DNA from: Eledone cirrhosa
Taxonomy: Eukaryota
Direction: 5' to 3'
Assembly (NCBI GenBank): GCA_964016885.1
Contig: OZ024762.1
Coordinates: 3,038,001-3,102,000 of the forward strand
Length of the DNA: 64,000 nt
The notes beneath the pieces were generated by a model that was not told where the DNA came from, did not search any database, and saw only the letters and a list, made by a program, of their open reading frames with translations. Both the position numbers and the translations under genes were made by a program. This document shows positions 60,423 to 64,000 of the stretch, piece by piece (positions within the stretch are counted from its first letter, which is position 1; each line of letters begins with the position of its first letter).

Positions 60423-60855
60423 CACACACACATACATACGTTGTTTGTTTTTTTCTTTTTTTCTTTTTTTCTTTTTTTCAATTACCAACAAAAACTAAAA
60501 CTATTGGCAAAAGATAAGTTTTGACTTTTCTGCCCTATGAAAATGAAAATTAGAAATGCAGGAGAAAGAAAAAAAAATACGATCAAATCTCGTCTGTTCA
60601 GCTGTTATTTTAAAATGGCCGATTACAAAGAGGTTGCAATGTTGTCGCTTTTTATTTCATGTTCTTCTCTCTTGTGTTTAATTCTTCATTCGCCTTCTTC
60701 GTGAAGCTTTTTTCTATTTTTTCTTCCTTTTTCTCCTTCTTTTGTATTCTCTCCACCACCGCCATCACCGACGCCGACACCGCCTTTGTATTCTTCTCCG
60801 TCTTTTTCTCCAGCTTTGCTTTGCTTTGCTTTGCTTTTTTCTTCCTCTCTATCTA

Positions 60856-60945
<90 letters not shown>

Positions 60946-60959
60946 CCTCACTCACTATA

Positions 60960-61007
<48 letters not shown>

Positions 61008-61096
61008 CAGTCGATCGACTTTCGTCAAATCGGACCGAGGAAACAATGTTTCCGTTGGTCTTTCCAATTGCTCAAATATATATATATATATATACA

Positions 61097-61134
<38 letters not shown>

Positions 61135-61180
61135 CCTCTTCCTCTCTCTCTCTCTCTCTCTCTCTCTAGATATATATATA

Positions 61181-61232
<52 letters not shown>

Positions 61233-61235
<3 letters not shown>

Positions 61236-61408
61236 CAAAGGAATTGTGGTAAGGGAGCAGATGGACCATAACGCACCAGAGTACTCAATACTTAGGGTAG
61301 TAGAGTGGAAAATAGGAAAAAGTATGACCCCGACGGCAGAGCTCAAGCCGTTTCGACGGCTATTTCGAAACGGCTTGAGCTCTGCCGTCGGGGTCATACT
61401 TTTTCCTA
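61233..61408. mobile_element. Fold-back pLTR insert (family P1)
   Basis: Long arm plus inverted short arm, short spacer. Confidence 0.8.
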
Positions 61409-62399
61409 TATATATATATATTTCTCTCCCTCACTCTCTCTCACACACACTCATTCTTACTATACTTTGTTTTGTTGTCTTCTCTCTCCTTCGTATATGA
61501 ACACCCCGGCCAACAAGCCTCACCCCAACCCAACCCGCTCCCCATCAATTCCATCCTTGTTAGCAGTCATCATCATCATCATCATCATCATCACATTCGT
61601 CTCCGTGGCCTTTCTCCTTCATGGTCTTCAAATCAACTTGGTATTCATCATCATCATCAACACATCATCTTCAAATCAACTTGATATTATTTTTTATCCC
61701 CTTCTTTCTCTTTTTCTTTCTTTTCCCTTCCTCTTCAAATTATCTCAGCATTTTTTTTCTTTCGTTTTTTTTTTTGTTTTTTGTTTTTGTTTTTGCGGAG
61801 CTTTATTTGTGTGGGTATGTGCGCACGTGCACGTGTGCATATACGTGTGCGTGTATGTGTGTGTATGTATATGTGTGCGTGTGTATGTGTGTGTGCATAT
61901 GTGTGTGTATGCATGTGTGTATGTGTGCGTGGGTCTGCACATATGCGTATGAGTGTGTGCGCATGTGTGCATGTGTGTGTATGTGTACATGTACATGTGC
62001 ATATGCATGCCTTTTGCTATTCTTTTGTTAGATAAGTGAAAAGAAGGAAAGACTAAAAGAAAAACACAGAACTACTACAGACAAGTAATAGCTAATGGAA
62101 AGCTTATTCTTTTTCCCCTAACAAAAAAATACAGAGAAAGACAGAAAGATTGCTACTTAAATTTGTTAAATATATGTCATGTCATTTCTGCAATACAAGC
62201 TTTCAGCTTTCAAAAGCATCTAGAGGTTACAGCTTCATTTCTATCTATCTATTTCATAATTGAAACGAAGTGTTGGTTGGTTCCCTCAGCACCCACAGCC
62301 ATGAAGAACGACGACGTCATCAAAATTAGTCATAGCGAGGCCACGGTTAGTTCTATCTTTCTATCTATTTTTTCTCATTGAAACGAAGTGTAGGTCGGC

Positions 62400-62830
62400 A
62401 ACTGGGACCCGTAACACGGAGAGGAACACAAACCTGGGAACTGCCGTCTGTAACACGGAGAGAAGAAGACAGAGAAACCCAGAGAGGAGAAGAGAGAGAA
62501 ACCCGGGAACTGTCACCCGTAACACGGAGAGGAGAGAGAAACCCTGGAAGTGCCACCCGTAACACGGAGAGGAGTGGAGAGAGAAACCTTGGAACTGCCA
62601 CCTGTAATACGGAGAGGAGAGAAACCCGGGAACTGCCGCTCGTAACACGGAGAGGAGAGATAAACCCGGGAACTGCCGCCCGTAACATAGAGAGGAGTGG
62701 AGAGGCGAGAAAAATAGCCAAAATACTGAGACCTCATCGACAGCTTCCTTTTAGTGCCGGTCGCCGTCGAGACCTCTGGTGTCCTCAGTCTCCGAAGTAC
62801 CCTTTTTCTTTGCAAAATTGGAAAAAGTGC
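62400..62830 (+). mobile_element. CRE/NeSL-like REL endonuclease remnant with an internal ~36-41-bp minisatellite expansion
   Basis: NPGTAARN(T/I)E repeats, then EARKIAK-(frameshift)-Y*DLIDSFLLVPVAVETSGV. Confidence 0.6.
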
Positions 62831-62849
62831 ATGCCCGCTTGAGGATGGA

Positions 62850-63180
62850 CCACCTAGACTGAGATGTACCACCTAGACTGGGGTGTAGAGTCTGTCATTC
62901 CCTACCACAGCTGTGATATACCACCTAGACTGGGGTGTAGAGACTGTCACTCACAGCTGAGATATACCACCTAGAGTGGGGTGTAGAGTCTGTCACTCAC
63001 AGCTGAGATATACCACCTAGACTGGGGTGTAGAGTCTGTCACTCACAGCTGAGATATACCACCTAGACTGCAGTGTAGAGTCTGCCACTCACAGCTGAGA
63101 TATACCACCTAGACTGGGTTGTAGGGTCTGTCACTCCCTACCACAGCTAAGATGTACCACCTAGACTGGGGTGTAGAGAA
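62850..63180. repeat. 46/52-bp minisatellite (ataccacctagactggggtgtagagtctgtcactcacagctgagat)
   Basis: About 7 copies. Confidence 0.9.
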
Positions 63181-64000
63181 CATGTATAAACGCCTGGAGA
63201 TTAGGTCTCAATTTTGATCCAACGTAATTTCTGCTGTTTCGGGGAGAATGATTTCAATTCGAACTATTTAAACTCAGATGAAGACGGTACGGGACCAGAT
63301 TTAAAGTGTCGCTGATGAAACACTTCAATAATAAATAAATAAATAAATAAATAAACTCAGTTAATCAAAGATCGCTGATAATTTTAATCTCAAGATCTGA
63401 AAATTGTACATCTGAAAGATAATAATTACCTTGGAAGAAAAATTAGGATAAAAAAAAAAACAATTATGAATCTAATGCATAAAACGGCTTCGTTTTTATT
63501 TCTAAAATATAAAAGAAAAATGCTTATAAATATATTATTTTACATTTTTATAAGAAAAATATTTCTCGATTTCGAAATAAAATTATTTTATTAGTATCTT
63601 TACATTTGCTTCCTTGTATCTGTTTGTATATTTATTTCTTTTTGCTCCTAATATTTTTTGTTTGTTGTTTAATTCGTTTTTTTTTTTTTTGTACGTTTAT
63701 TTTTTATATTTTAATTTGTTTTATTTTTTATTTTAATATTTTCTGTAAAACATTACGAGCTTCAAAAAAAAACATTCCTTCAAAAAAAAACATTCCTCTA
63801 TGTTAGAAACTTTGAATACGAATGAAAGTATCAAATATTCTAATTGAATAAAACCGAGAAAGAACTACACGATATATAGAGAAAGAAAGACAAAAGAAAA
63901 TACTTTTAAATACCGACAAAAACTAAACCTGTAAATATATTGGTTTCTGATTTAGGCACAAGGCCAAAAATTTCGGCGTAAGAGAATGTCCACTAAATCG

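Overview
AT-rich, microsatellite-saturated metazoan intergenic or intronic DNA; the SINE/LINE content and (TA)n/(CA)n load suggest a coleoid cephalopod such as Octopus (inference). No intact host protein-coding gene is visible, and nearly all ORF-track entries are simple-repeat artefacts. Recognisable content is decayed transposons: four Penelope-like elements (PLE), Dong/R4-like, RTE-like and CRE-like non-LTR fragments, a mariner 5' fragment, a probable Helitron 3' end, two tRNA-derived SINE families and several minisatellites. Three of the PLEs share a CxC linker and C-terminal GIY-YIG (YRDD-type RT readable in one, Hydra-like); the fourth is Neptune-like. The most interesting signal is non-coding: many short PLE pseudo-LTR (pLTR) inserts in (TA)n. 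These carry (i) minimal type-I hammerhead ribozyme motifs, one complete and one family with covarying stems and an extra nucleotide after the core; (ii) fold-back junctions and truncations that repeatedly fall in the ribozyme core; and (iii) a covarying bulged hairpin, RCUC-[stem-loop]-U(Y)-GAGYRC, 40-70 nt from the 3' end in five otherwise dissimilar tails. All alignments and folds were done by eye.
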